Shown here piece after piece: positions 26,850 through 35,340 of a stretch of 64,000 nucleotides of DNA. The stretch lies in the IMG/VR virus record IMGVR_UViG_3300025671_000038. One strand, 5' to 3'. The notes under the pieces were generated by a model. It was not told where the DNA came from. It did no database searches and saw nothing but the letters and a program-made list of their open reading frames with translations. The translations under genes were made by a program, and so were the position numbers. How positions within the stretch are numbered: the first letter of the stretch is position 1; every line of letters begins with the position of its first letter. The DNA comes from a virus.

Positions 26850-26870
26850 ATAGATATGTACTTAATGTGA

Positions 26871-27236
26871 TTAAACCTTTACCAGTCTTTTAGAAACTAG
26901 CCCCGGAATCTCTATTTCAGAATCCCCTTTCGTAACCGCTTTCTCTATGTTATCCACTATCTTCTTGTCGATAGCGCTTTCAAGTTCGGTAGGTTCCACT
27001 ATTTTAACTTTTAAACTCTCTCCTGAAGGTTTGAGATCGACTACTTCAACTCTATTCCATTTTTTTCCAAATGGATTTAGATAATTACCTGGATTAAATT
27101 CGGCCTCGAGTTGATATTCATTGCCGTTTAAAATTATATTGCCATTACTGCTCTTCTTCACTTCCAATTTTTCATTGATCTGTATAGAACCTTTAGAAGG
27201 GTTAGTAAAGGATTCGTAGGTAAGTATCGTTTCCAT
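26871..27236 (-). CDS. Hypothetical protein with a capsid-targeting-like N-terminus
   Basis: METILTYESFTNP...QINEK; coupled to the upstream stop. Confidence 0.6.
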   Translation of the reverse strand: METILTYESFTNPSKGSIQINEKLEVKKSSNGNIILNGNEYQLEAEFNPGNYLNPFGKKWNRVEVVDLKPSGESLKVKIVEPTELESAIDKKIVDNIEKAVTKGDSEIEIPGLVSKRLVKV

Positions 27237-27484
27237 TAGTCCATTGATGGTTTAACTACATTTCCCTTCTTGCCAGTGTAATTATAGACATTAACAAGCT
27301 TGTCGTAGCATTTTTTCATCTGGTCATCTGTCAAGCAAGAGACCAGGTCATTAAGAACCCTTTGGTCGTTACCTGAAGCAGCAACCAATAGATCTTTCAT
27401 ATGTTGCTTTAGGTCATCCTCGCCATACATGGGCTGACCATATTTCATTTCGTTTAACTGAGTTAGTTCAGAGAATTTTTTCAT
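27236..27484 (-). CDS. Hypothetical protein with a capsid-targeting-like N-terminus
   Basis: Probable start ATG 27484 (MKKFSELTQLNE), 22 nt after GATATATA (27506-27513). Confidence 0.6.
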   Translation of the reverse strand: MKKFSELTQLNEMKYGQPMYGEDDLKQHMKDLLVAASGNDQRVLNDLVSCLTDDQMKKCYDKLVNVYNYTGKKGNVVKPSMD

Positions 27485-27505
27485 CTTCTTCGATTTTTTC
27501 TGTTT

Positions 27506-27513
27506 TATATATC
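27506..27513 (-). promoter_or_regulatory. GATATATA putative phage promoter
   Basis: Directly after the tail-tube-like stop, 22 nt upstream of ATG 27484. Confidence 0.6.
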
Positions 27514-28074
27514 TTACCTCTCCCTGCCAATTTCTAGCGATATATCCAAATAATTGCACTTAAAGCCTACAGAGAACGTATAAACACTGGGAGCATTTTG
27601 GGTGTAATTGAGATTCAGGTTGTTCATCGATGTTAGGGTTACTTCCTTAAAAGTTACCGTAGTAACTATATTCCCATCGTTATCAAGTATTCTTAATGGC
27701 AGGTTCTGAATAAAGACCTGCGGGTTTTTAAAATTAAGCTTGTCCAAAACCGTCTCCAGCATTATGAAGTAGTTTATGAAACCCTCAGATATGCGGAAAG
27801 AGACCTCAAATTCTCTGCTAAATAGGTCTTGTACTGGGGTCGCACTTTGGTAATTTACCCGCTTACCCAGATTTCTTGTCTGCTCCACTAGATCCATACT
27901 CATCCCAGGGAATCCCACGGATTGAATGGAGCTATTCATGAAGGAAGTTATAGTGTCGTAAGGGGTAGGCTGTCTTTTAATGTAGTCTAGGTACTTCTCC
28001 TGTACGATATCAGGGAAAAATCCTCTTGGAAAGACGAAGTAAAAGCTATTAGCCCTTGCGTTTAACATGCTCAT
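27514..28074 (-). CDS. Tail-tube-fold protein (T4 gp3/gp19-like tube or tail-completion protein)
   Basis: IQSVGFPGMS ... FEVSFR ... LRILDNDGNIVTTVTFKEVTLTSMNNLNLNY ... TFSVGFKCNY pattern. Confidence 0.65.
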   Translation of the reverse strand: MSMLNARANSFYFVFPRGFFPDIVQEKYLDYIKRQPTPYDTITSFMNSSIQSVGFPGMSMDLVEQTRNLGKRVNYQSATPVQDLFSREFEVSFRISEGFINYFIMLETVLDKLNFKNPQVFIQNLPLRILDNDGNIVTTVTFKEVTLTSMNNLNLNYTQNAPSVYTFSVGFKCNYLDISLEIGRER

Positions 28075-28579
28075 AGTCTATCTTAACGTGGTTTATTTTA
28101 TAGTTATTTCTTTCAGATTTCTCCAGAGCTTGACTAGTATCAAAATTAGAATACATGTAAAGACCCGGGATCAATTCCTTGCAATCTCCTTCCACTATAT
28201 ATTCAAACCTATTATCACCATCAAAAAACTCAAGATCCGTGTAGTTGGTTATCTTTCTTCCTTTATAGAACGAACCAGCATTTTCTCTCCATAGGATATC
28301 AACCAAAATTCCCATTTCCATCCCTATTGAAACCCCTGAATCTAGGAGGTCCTTTAACTCGGCATATCTGAATTTATTACCAGATAAGATCACGTCGATG
28401 TCTGTTGTATCGATATCAGTATCTAGAAAGTAGTTTGAGCAAAAAGCTCCACAAAGATACAGATCAACAGTAGGAGTGCCATTAAAGTCTATCCATGAAG
28501 AAATCCAATTATCGAAAAGATCCTTAGTTGGGGATTTAAAAGGTCCCTTATGAATAAACTCACCTCTTCTAAATTCCAA
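28049..28579 (-). CDS. Minimal Pol-beta-superfamily nucleotidyltransferase-like protein
   Basis: DLYLCGAF...TTDIDVIL and ILVDILW fit hG[GS]x(n)DhD...D. Confidence 0.55.
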   Translation of the reverse strand: MEFRRGEFIHKGPFKSPTKDLFDNWISSWIDFNGTPTVDLYLCGAFCSNYFLDTDIDTTDIDVILSGNKFRYAELKDLLDSGVSIGMEMGILVDILWRENAGSFYKGRKITNYTDLEFFDGDNRFEYIVEGDCKELIPGLYMYSNFDTSQALEKSERNNYKINHVKIDYEHVKRKG

Positions 28580-28591
28580 AACGTATTGTGA

Positions 28592-31033
28592 TTAGCTTCT
28601 GCCACCGAAACCGAAATCAGGGTCAAAGTTTGCAGAACCGCTATCGCTACCGGATTGGTTAGCAGTAGATCCATTGGAAGAAGCAGATCCGCCAGTAGCT
28701 CTTCCCGCACTGGTGTTTCCATAAGCAAGAACTAGCTCCATATCTCCACTTCCGAATATCCCGTCAACTGCATCTACAAAAAGATTTTTCGTAATTCCAA
28801 CATAAAGCTTGTAGCCGGTTGAACTTGGGTCCAGGAAATATGCTATTATTTCCTGAGTAGTCCACCCGGTAGCTATTTTACCCTGCACGTCGGAGGAGAT
28901 TGCAGATTTCAGCTGAACTGGGGTTAGCTTAGGTTGGTTATTTCGGTTTACATTACCAGCTTTTCTGCCTAATCCACTAGTTCCAGAAGTTCCGTTTTGT
29001 ACTCCCGAAACCTGCCAGGAACTTTTTCCAACTCTTTTTGATACAGGTTTAGTCCTAGGTGAGGTTGGAGCTACCACCACTTCAGCTGCTACAGCTGTTT
29101 GAACTGGCTCAGTCTCTCCGTCCTTTAGCCAATTACCCCAGTAAAGAGTAGAAAAAGAATTTCCACCTATTTTTGCAGTATTGACGGCTCTACTAGTATT
29201 AGAATCCCTTTTGGATGCAATTACAACATCACGGGAAGAATCTCTTAAACTAATAGCTTTCTTAGCTAGCAGAGATTTAACCTTATTAACCTTAGAAATT
29301 CCCCTCGTATCAACATTATCGCCATCGGGATCTGGCGGTTTATTAGTGATATAAAATCTTCGGTCTGTAAACTGAAGGATCTGTGTAGAGATCGACTCAT
29401 CCACTTTGAAAGCAAGCTCCCCCTTAGAAGGCTTTGCTATAGTAGCGTCAGCAATTGAAGGTGCATAAACTTTTTTACCCTTGTTGTCTATGAAAACCAT
29501 ATTGTAAGTTCCAGAGGAGCTAAGGTCTATCTCCTGGGTTGTATTTCCTTGTCCTTTCTTAAAGAAGGAAAATTTGTAGTAGTTATCAAACGGGCTGATC
29601 TTTATATAAGCTTTGCCTACCCCATACGAAACTGAAGGTGTACTAGACTCATTGGTTTCAGTTAGTGTAGTTCCATTTACTTCCAGATTTGTCAGAGAAG
29701 TGTTTACTAGATTTCTATCAAAGAACACGTTAGAAAATTTGGTAATCTCTCTGGGCGATATTTGATTAACCGGTACTGAAATATCAGTTTTACCTCCTAG
29801 CTTATTGTATATCTTCTGTTGCTGAGGTAAAACGGAAAGTTGCAGAGGAGCAATGGTAGTACCATATTTACCAGGATCAGTTGAAGTATAAGTAGCAACC
29901 CTCATGGTTCTTGTCTGATTCTTACTGTTAATGAGTGTCATTGTATACCTCAATGAAAAGCTCGTAGCAACATTAGAATACCTAACAATAGGTCTAAATA
30001 AATTCGGGACGTCGTATGCTGAAGTCTGAATACTAGTAAAATTAGATGTTTCAAGCCAAGCTGCACCAACCTGCTCAAGAACCTCTATCCTATTCTCTAT
30101 ATAGTAGCTGTTTCCTATAGAATTCTGAAACAGTATGAAATCCTCTATAAAACCCCCATCATCTGTTCCGAAATATTCAAAGAAATCTCCAGTATCTGCT
30201 GGAGCAATATAAGCTCCTATGTTACTGAATGGATCAGTGGGTTCGAGAGATAATGCTGCTAAAAGTTGAGTACCATAGGTTTCATATCCGCTAACAATCG
30301 TAGTATCAGTTATGGAATAGGCACTTATTCTTAGAGGCTGAGAAGCTAAAAATCCTCTCCCACTTTTCGAAGTTTTAGCGGCAAGGGTTAAAGGTCGATT
30401 GGATACACTAGCAGCATTGTATTTATTGACCATATCTGAGAGTGAAGGTATCTTCACCTCGAAATACTTATCATATATGTTAGCACCTATTGTTAAAGGA
30501 CTAGGATTCAACGTATACTGCTGGGAATTACCCTTTGAGAGTTTAATCTGCGAAAAGGTAACATAAGATCCGTCTACATCCGGGTACTTAACATTTAGTA
30601 TCAATCCATCCAGGTTATCCAAATTATACCCGGATAGGATGTGGTACCTCACGGAGTCATACACAACACTGAGATTCGATGGAAAAGATATAGGAAGATC
30701 AGCGGTGTTGGTAAGCTCAGATTTAAAGTCGTTATAAGGGACTATTAAATTAGGGTTTAGAGTTACGAAGGTCGTGGAATTAGTTTGCACCACACTATTG
30801 TTGGACGTGTTCTGTGTAATTGAAGCATTCTCGTCCAGATTGAATATTTGAACGTCATTAGAGGGCTGTCCGTCCGAATCTTCCAGTAAGCCATTTACGA
30901 GCTTATTATAACCCACTGTGGGGCTGCCAATATTGACAAAGTACTTCTCCGGGGTAGGTGGGCTGGCATACATATATTCCATGACCAGATACGGGGAAAG
31001 TTGTACATATTTAGAGGTTGTCGTAAAAGCCAT
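28592..31033 (-). CDS. Putative virion structural protein
   Basis: 813 aa, S/T/N-rich and beta-rich, inside the tail gene block. Confidence 0.55.
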   Translation of the reverse strand: MAFTTTSKYVQLSPYLVMEYMYASPPTPEKYFVNIGSPTVGYNKLVNGLLEDSDGQPSNDVQIFNLDENASITQNTSNNSVVQTNSTTFVTLNPNLIVPYNDFKSELTNTADLPISFPSNLSVVYDSVRYHILSGYNLDNLDGLILNVKYPDVDGSYVTFSQIKLSKGNSQQYTLNPSPLTIGANIYDKYFEVKIPSLSDMVNKYNAASVSNRPLTLAAKTSKSGRGFLASQPLRISAYSITDTTIVSGYETYGTQLLAALSLEPTDPFSNIGAYIAPADTGDFFEYFGTDDGGFIEDFILFQNSIGNSYYIENRIEVLEQVGAAWLETSNFTSIQTSAYDVPNLFRPIVRYSNVATSFSLRYTMTLINSKNQTRTMRVATYTSTDPGKYGTTIAPLQLSVLPQQQKIYNKLGGKTDISVPVNQISPREITKFSNVFFDRNLVNTSLTNLEVNGTTLTETNESSTPSVSYGVGKAYIKISPFDNYYKFSFFKKGQGNTTQEIDLSSSGTYNMVFIDNKGKKVYAPSIADATIAKPSKGELAFKVDESISTQILQFTDRRFYITNKPPDPDGDNVDTRGISKVNKVKSLLAKKAISLRDSSRDVVIASKRDSNTSRAVNTAKIGGNSFSTLYWGNWLKDGETEPVQTAVAAEVVVAPTSPRTKPVSKRVGKSSWQVSGVQNGTSGTSGLGRKAGNVNRNNQPKLTPVQLKSAISSDVQGKIATGWTTQEIIAYFLDPSSTGYKLYVGITKNLFVDAVDGIFGSGDMELVLAYGNTSAGRATGGSASSNGSTANQSGSDSGSANFDPDFGFGGRS

Positions 31034-31045
31034 TCTATCTATTTA

Positions 31046-31837
31046 TTATTTTCCAAACTGAAGCCACTTGGGGGAATAACTTAGTCCAATTCCTAGGAAA
31101 GGACCAACTGTATATCCGCCGTTGTCTAAAGAAATACCATAGCCTGCGGATACACCAACACCAAAAGTCCTTCTTGCCGACTTCAGAGCCCTTTTAGTCT
31201 CCGGGTCGTCTATCATGTTAAGAGCTTGTAATTCTCTGAACTTTAAACCAGGAAAATCAGTAGAGGCCCTGATGTATAACAAGCCATCATCAGGATTACT
31301 ATATAAACCAGTGACCAGGTCTATTCTCTGCTCTATACTTAAAGAGGCATCCCCAGGAAATATAGTACTGTCGCTATCAAAAGTGTAAGGTATTGTACCG
31401 TCAATTAAGAGACGATTAGTACCGGGTAATACCGGGTTGTAAGAGAAAGCTATATAAGATGAGTCACCCTCGTTGTGATTCGTAGATGAGACCACGATAG
31501 TTGTGTCACGATAAACAATCTCCGTTTTAATTATGACTCCAGGTTTCCTTTTTCTCTCTAATTCTAGCCTTTTTATAAGATCTTCCTGCTCGTCAGAGAG
31601 CTCATTATATTTTAGTTTAAAAGCAGACCTCTCCGCTAAAGCACCGCTTAATCTAGTTTCCAAATGCCTAACAGAATCCTGTTGGGCTAGTAAATTGCCC
31701 AAATTTCTATTAGCTTCCTCTCTTGCTCTTTCCGTTATGCCGCACTGTCTAAATAACAAGAGCATAAGCAATATGGACAGCAGGATCGGGAAAATCCTTC
31801 CGGTTAAAAAAGATACTGTGTCCTTATAAAGTTTCAT
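31046..31837 (-). CDS. Membrane-anchored coiled-coil protein with a C-terminal amphipathic beta-hairpin (spanin-like candidate)
   Basis: N-terminal TM IFPILLSILLMLLLF, coiled coil, C-terminal FGVGVSAGYG...GPFLGIGLSYS. Confidence 0.45.
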   Translation of the reverse strand: MKLYKDTVSFLTGRIFPILLSILLMLLLFRQCGITERAREEANRNLGNLLAQQDSVRHLETRLSGALAERSAFKLKYNELSDEQEDLIKRLELERKRKPGVIIKTEIVYRDTTIVVSSTNHNEGDSSYIAFSYNPVLPGTNRLLIDGTIPYTFDSDSTIFPGDASLSIEQRIDLVTGLYSNPDDGLLYIRASTDFPGLKFRELQALNMIDDPETKRALKSARRTFGVGVSAGYGISLDNGGYTVGPFLGIGLSYSPKWLQFGK

Positions 31838-32069
31838 ATGTCATTTCGAAGGGATCGAGTCTTCCCTCACCATATTTTTCGCCCAGAGAACTGATAAAAT
31901 CCTGCTCTGAATCTCTCAAGTCTTCTAGTTCCCGGATTAGAGTACCAGCTTTCATGTTTAGCCTTTCCATCTCCGACTGAACTTTCTCTATCTCGCCTCT
32001 AACTCTAGCAAATTCAGACTTCATTGATTGAGCTTTTTTAAGTTCTATTTTGGTTAATCTTTTTATCAT
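31824..32069 (-). CDS. Small coiled-coil hypothetical protein
   Basis: 81 aa with a heptad pattern, ending LGEKYGEGRLDPFE; GATAAATA directly at the start. Confidence 0.6.
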   Translation of the reverse strand: MIKRLTKIELKKAQSMKSEFARVRGEIEKVQSEMERLNMKAGTLIRELEDLRDSEQDFISSLGEKYGEGRLDPFEMTYETL

Positions 32070-32107
32070 ATTTATCCAAGTTTTAAAAAGTGTTCAAACG
32101 GTTAAAT

Positions 32108-33790
32108 CTATATTATTACACCACCACCTCCTCCAGGAACTGTTACAACTGAGTTGTAGCTAACCCATCCGGCTATATTAGCATTATTTCCATCGACACC
32201 TCCTGCAGTGCCCGCGGAAGTATCATTATTACCGAAAGCTTCATAGAAGAGAGAAGAATTACCATTGATAAAGGTGAGTCTTATTCTTTTGCACCCCAAA
32301 GCCCCAGGATTCATGCCAGAAGAATAGTTATCAGGTATTTCTACCAGATTATAGTTCGAGGATCCATTAATATTTACTCTTATTCCACCAAAGGATCTGG
32401 TAGTGTCCTCGACAAGAAATTCTATTGTTCTATATTTATATAGTGACAGATTTAACCAGCTGTAGTTGTTACCTACGGTAAGATAAAATCTGCCCTTACG
32501 ATAATTACTAACTACAGAGACTGCGATAGCAGATGGTTTAATAATCACAATGTCCTCCGATGGAGTAACTGGAACATGGTAATATGTAACCCCGCTTCTA
32601 ACAAAGGTGGAGGTGAACGGAGTGGATATCGTCTGTGTGTATCTAGTTAGGTTTCCTCCGGTTACACCCGAGGTATTAGAAGAAAAATTAGAGGATCCGA
32701 TTTGGAATGAATCCCCGTTAGATCTAACTTCAAAGGACTGTCCCCTGTGTGCCGAGGCAGAATTAGAATCCCTGCCCAGCTGTAAAGCACTTCCATAACC
32801 AGAAGTTGTCCCATACCCTGCGGTATTAGATAATCCAATCCTCATGCCCTTACTTCCAGTAGAATTTGCGTTTATAAGTCCACTCGTTCCATAGGCACTT
32901 GTAATTCTATGGGAGAAACCGGTAGGACCTATAATAACAGGACCGGAAGTAAAATCAGCCCCGAAAATAGCACTACTTAACTGGAGATTAGATGAATTAA
33001 CACTGAGATTTCCAGAAGAAATAATTTGGGAACTAGAAGCTGTTATTCCTATGTAGCTCTGGGATTTTATATTATTCGATCCAGCAGGAAATGAATCAAT
33101 ATTCCCGGTTACACCCAACGTTATAGATTTAGCAGCATATCTGGAAAAGCCCGGATTTTTCCAGACTAAGTCATAATCCGAGGTTGAAGAATTCTTCCAA
33201 TAGAACCCTCCTATGTTACTTCTATCAAAAAATGTTTTATCGATCCCTAATATTGGACTGTAGGTATTAGAAACAGTACTTATCAACAACTTTGCAAAAT
33301 TCGGATTAACGTCACCTGTAGTTCCGCTTAAGTCCGAAAGGGTCAAATACTTATCCCCGGGACTAGAATTTATAAGTACCGCATTATCCTCAGTAGATCC
33401 CCCTGGGCCCGATATTTGAGATAGCGATGCAAAAATACCCGTTGTCTCCAGAGTTTCTCCAGTATTAATCCAACCACCAGTAGCTGAAGAATATTTATAC
33501 ACATCCTGACCACCGGTATTTCCTATATCAATCCAGATATCACCAGGTTGGGATATTGATGCTGAGGGCTGCGAGGGGGAGAAGTACCAATTAGATGCTC
33601 TATCCCCTGTTGTACCTCGATCCCCGTCCAATCCAGCCTGACCTATTATGCCGGTAGCACCTATAGCTCCGTTAGGTCCTTGTTCCCCTATGGCATTAAA
33701 ATGTACCTGGTTAAAATTATGGTTTACCTTAGTAATTATCTTATTCTTAGAATCTCCAGGTAAAATGTATTTAGTATTGAATGTAGCCAT
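32108..33790 (-). CDS. Tail fibre/appendage protein with a short collagen-like Gly-X-Y stretch
   Basis: GEQGPNGAIGATGIIGQAGLDGDRGTTGDR; N-terminal half is paralogous to 33809..35296. Confidence 0.65.
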   Translation of the reverse strand: MATFNTKYILPGDSKNKIITKVNHNFNQVHFNAIGEQGPNGAIGATGIIGQAGLDGDRGTTGDRASNWYFSPSQPSASISQPGDIWIDIGNTGGQDVYKYSSATGGWINTGETLETTGIFASLSQISGPGGSTEDNAVLINSSPGDKYLTLSDLSGTTGDVNPNFAKLLISTVSNTYSPILGIDKTFFDRSNIGGFYWKNSSTSDYDLVWKNPGFSRYAAKSITLGVTGNIDSFPAGSNNIKSQSYIGITASSSQIISSGNLSVNSSNLQLSSAIFGADFTSGPVIIGPTGFSHRITSAYGTSGLINANSTGSKGMRIGLSNTAGYGTTSGYGSALQLGRDSNSASAHRGQSFEVRSNGDSFQIGSSNFSSNTSGVTGGNLTRYTQTISTPFTSTFVRSGVTYYHVPVTPSEDIVIIKPSAIAVSVVSNYRKGRFYLTVGNNYSWLNLSLYKYRTIEFLVEDTTRSFGGIRVNINGSSNYNLVEIPDNYSSGMNPGALGCKRIRLTFINGNSSLFYEAFGNNDTSAGTAGGVDGNNANIAGWVSYNSVVTVPGGGGGVII

Positions 33791-33808
33791 ATCCTATTAT
33801 AGTAGAGA

Positions 33809-35296
33809 TTAAGTAAGAATTCCGGCATACCCTTTATCGGAGTTGTAATAAACTGTAATATCAGTAGCTGAAGATCCTTTAGCGATAATTAGATCCAGAT
33901 ACAAAACGGGGGTTGAAAATACGCGATCCGGAGTTCCACTGAAACTGGTACTACTAAGATAAAGACCATTTATTGGTTTTGAGTCGTCAACAGCAACTAT
34001 TCTTACATTTATCGCAGTATTTGATTTAAGATACCCGCCCCAAGAGCCAGTCATAATGATACCAGAGGGGATTCCTATATACCTCTGAGTTCCTGAAGCG
34101 GGGCTCAGATCTACCTCCACGAAATTACCATTCATGACTCTGTTGTATCCCATTGACCATATGTTCTGATTTGTAGTACCATTGGCACTTCCATCGTAGT
34201 TACTAGAGGTACCAACGAATTGTGTCCTACCCTGGACCATTCTACTTCCTTCTATTCTTCCATCCGCTCTTACACCAAAATATCTAGTGCTACCTATGGT
34301 GAGATCCAGTAGGTAAGAGGAACTGGAAGCAGTACTCGTATCGATCACCACTCCACCTGCAGAATTTGAGGTATTCTCATTAATGGAAGAGAAAACATAA
34401 TCCGTGGTATTAGAGGTAATCGATATAGGAACATTCGTTTCCATACTGCTACTTCCCATATTAAAATTGGAACTAGTGACAAAAAAATTGCTACCCAGTG
34501 AAAAAGAAACATCGCTCCCCGCGGTAATTTTTACCACCCCTCCGGAATTAAAATTCATGAATCCGCTGGAGGAAATATCTACATTTCCACTGGTACTAAT
34601 CAGTTCTAAACCACCGCCGGCACTCAGTGTAAGTCCATCCTGAGGGACGGTAAAAAGCAAATCATAATTTGAACCCACCGGGGAAAGCCACCTAAATTGT
34701 GGGTGCCTGGTATAATCTGATGGATCACCAATTCCAGGGGCATCAGTTTTAGAAAATTCCAGGATGGGGTAATCGTTAGATCCATTGGTTGACAGAAGTA
34801 GTTTGGAATAATTGGGATTTGCCGTAGTGGTAGTGGAGATTGAATCACTTAAGACCATCGTAGTTTTTTCAGGAAAAGAACTACTGAATACGATCGCATC
34901 CTTATTTCCAGTCGGTCCAGATATTCCCTCTATTAACTTAAAAGACTCGGAAGCCTTAAGATTAGCTCCTGTATCAACCCATCCACTATCCCCATACTGG
35001 AAAATTTTGTTCCCCTGCGAGGGATTTACCCAATAGTCACCCACGAATATCGGATCCGAAGCGCCACCAATTGGCTCAGTACTTTGCACTAACCACTGGG
35101 TTCCTCTTCTGCCTTCCTGTCCGGGATCTCCTTTAGGTCCAGCAGGCCCTACTGCACCCTGAGGTCCAGTTTTACCAATTTTTCCTTGCGGACCCCCACC
35201 ATTAGCAACTATCGAATCAAAATTGTTATTAATCTTCCTAATTATATCTTCCTGTGAATCTCCCTGGGTAAGATTCGATATGTTTAAATTCGGCAT
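33809..35296 (-). CDS. Tail fibre/appendage protein with a short collagen-like Gly-X-Y stretch
   Basis: GPQGKIGKTGPQGAVGPAGPKGDPGQEGRRG; shares GDS..II.K.N.NF, GD.W and NPN(F/Y).KLL motifs with 32108..33790. Confidence 0.65.
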   Translation of the reverse strand: MPNLNISNLTQGDSQEDIIRKINNNFDSIVANGGGPQGKIGKTGPQGAVGPAGPKGDPGQEGRRGTQWLVQSTEPIGGASDPIFVGDYWVNPSQGNKIFQYGDSGWVDTGANLKASESFKLIEGISGPTGNKDAIVFSSSFPEKTTMVLSDSISTTTTANPNYSKLLLSTNGSNDYPILEFSKTDAPGIGDPSDYTRHPQFRWLSPVGSNYDLLFTVPQDGLTLSAGGGLELISTSGNVDISSSGFMNFNSGGVVKITAGSDVSFSLGSNFFVTSSNFNMGSSSMETNVPISITSNTTDYVFSSINENTSNSAGGVVIDTSTASSSSYLLDLTIGSTRYFGVRADGRIEGSRMVQGRTQFVGTSSNYDGSANGTTNQNIWSMGYNRVMNGNFVEVDLSPASGTQRYIGIPSGIIMTGSWGGYLKSNTAINVRIVAVDDSKPINGLYLSSTSFSGTPDRVFSTPVLYLDLIIAKGSSATDITVYYNSDKGYAGILT

Positions 35297-35340
35297 GCTA
35301 AAATCTTATCTTTGTTTATATATTCTGGATTTTCTGAGCA

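Noticed and set aside
28489-28728. 79-aa minus-strand alternative-frame ORF bridging the 813-aa gene and the NTase
   Set aside because: Overlaps two better-supported genes in another frame; no motif.
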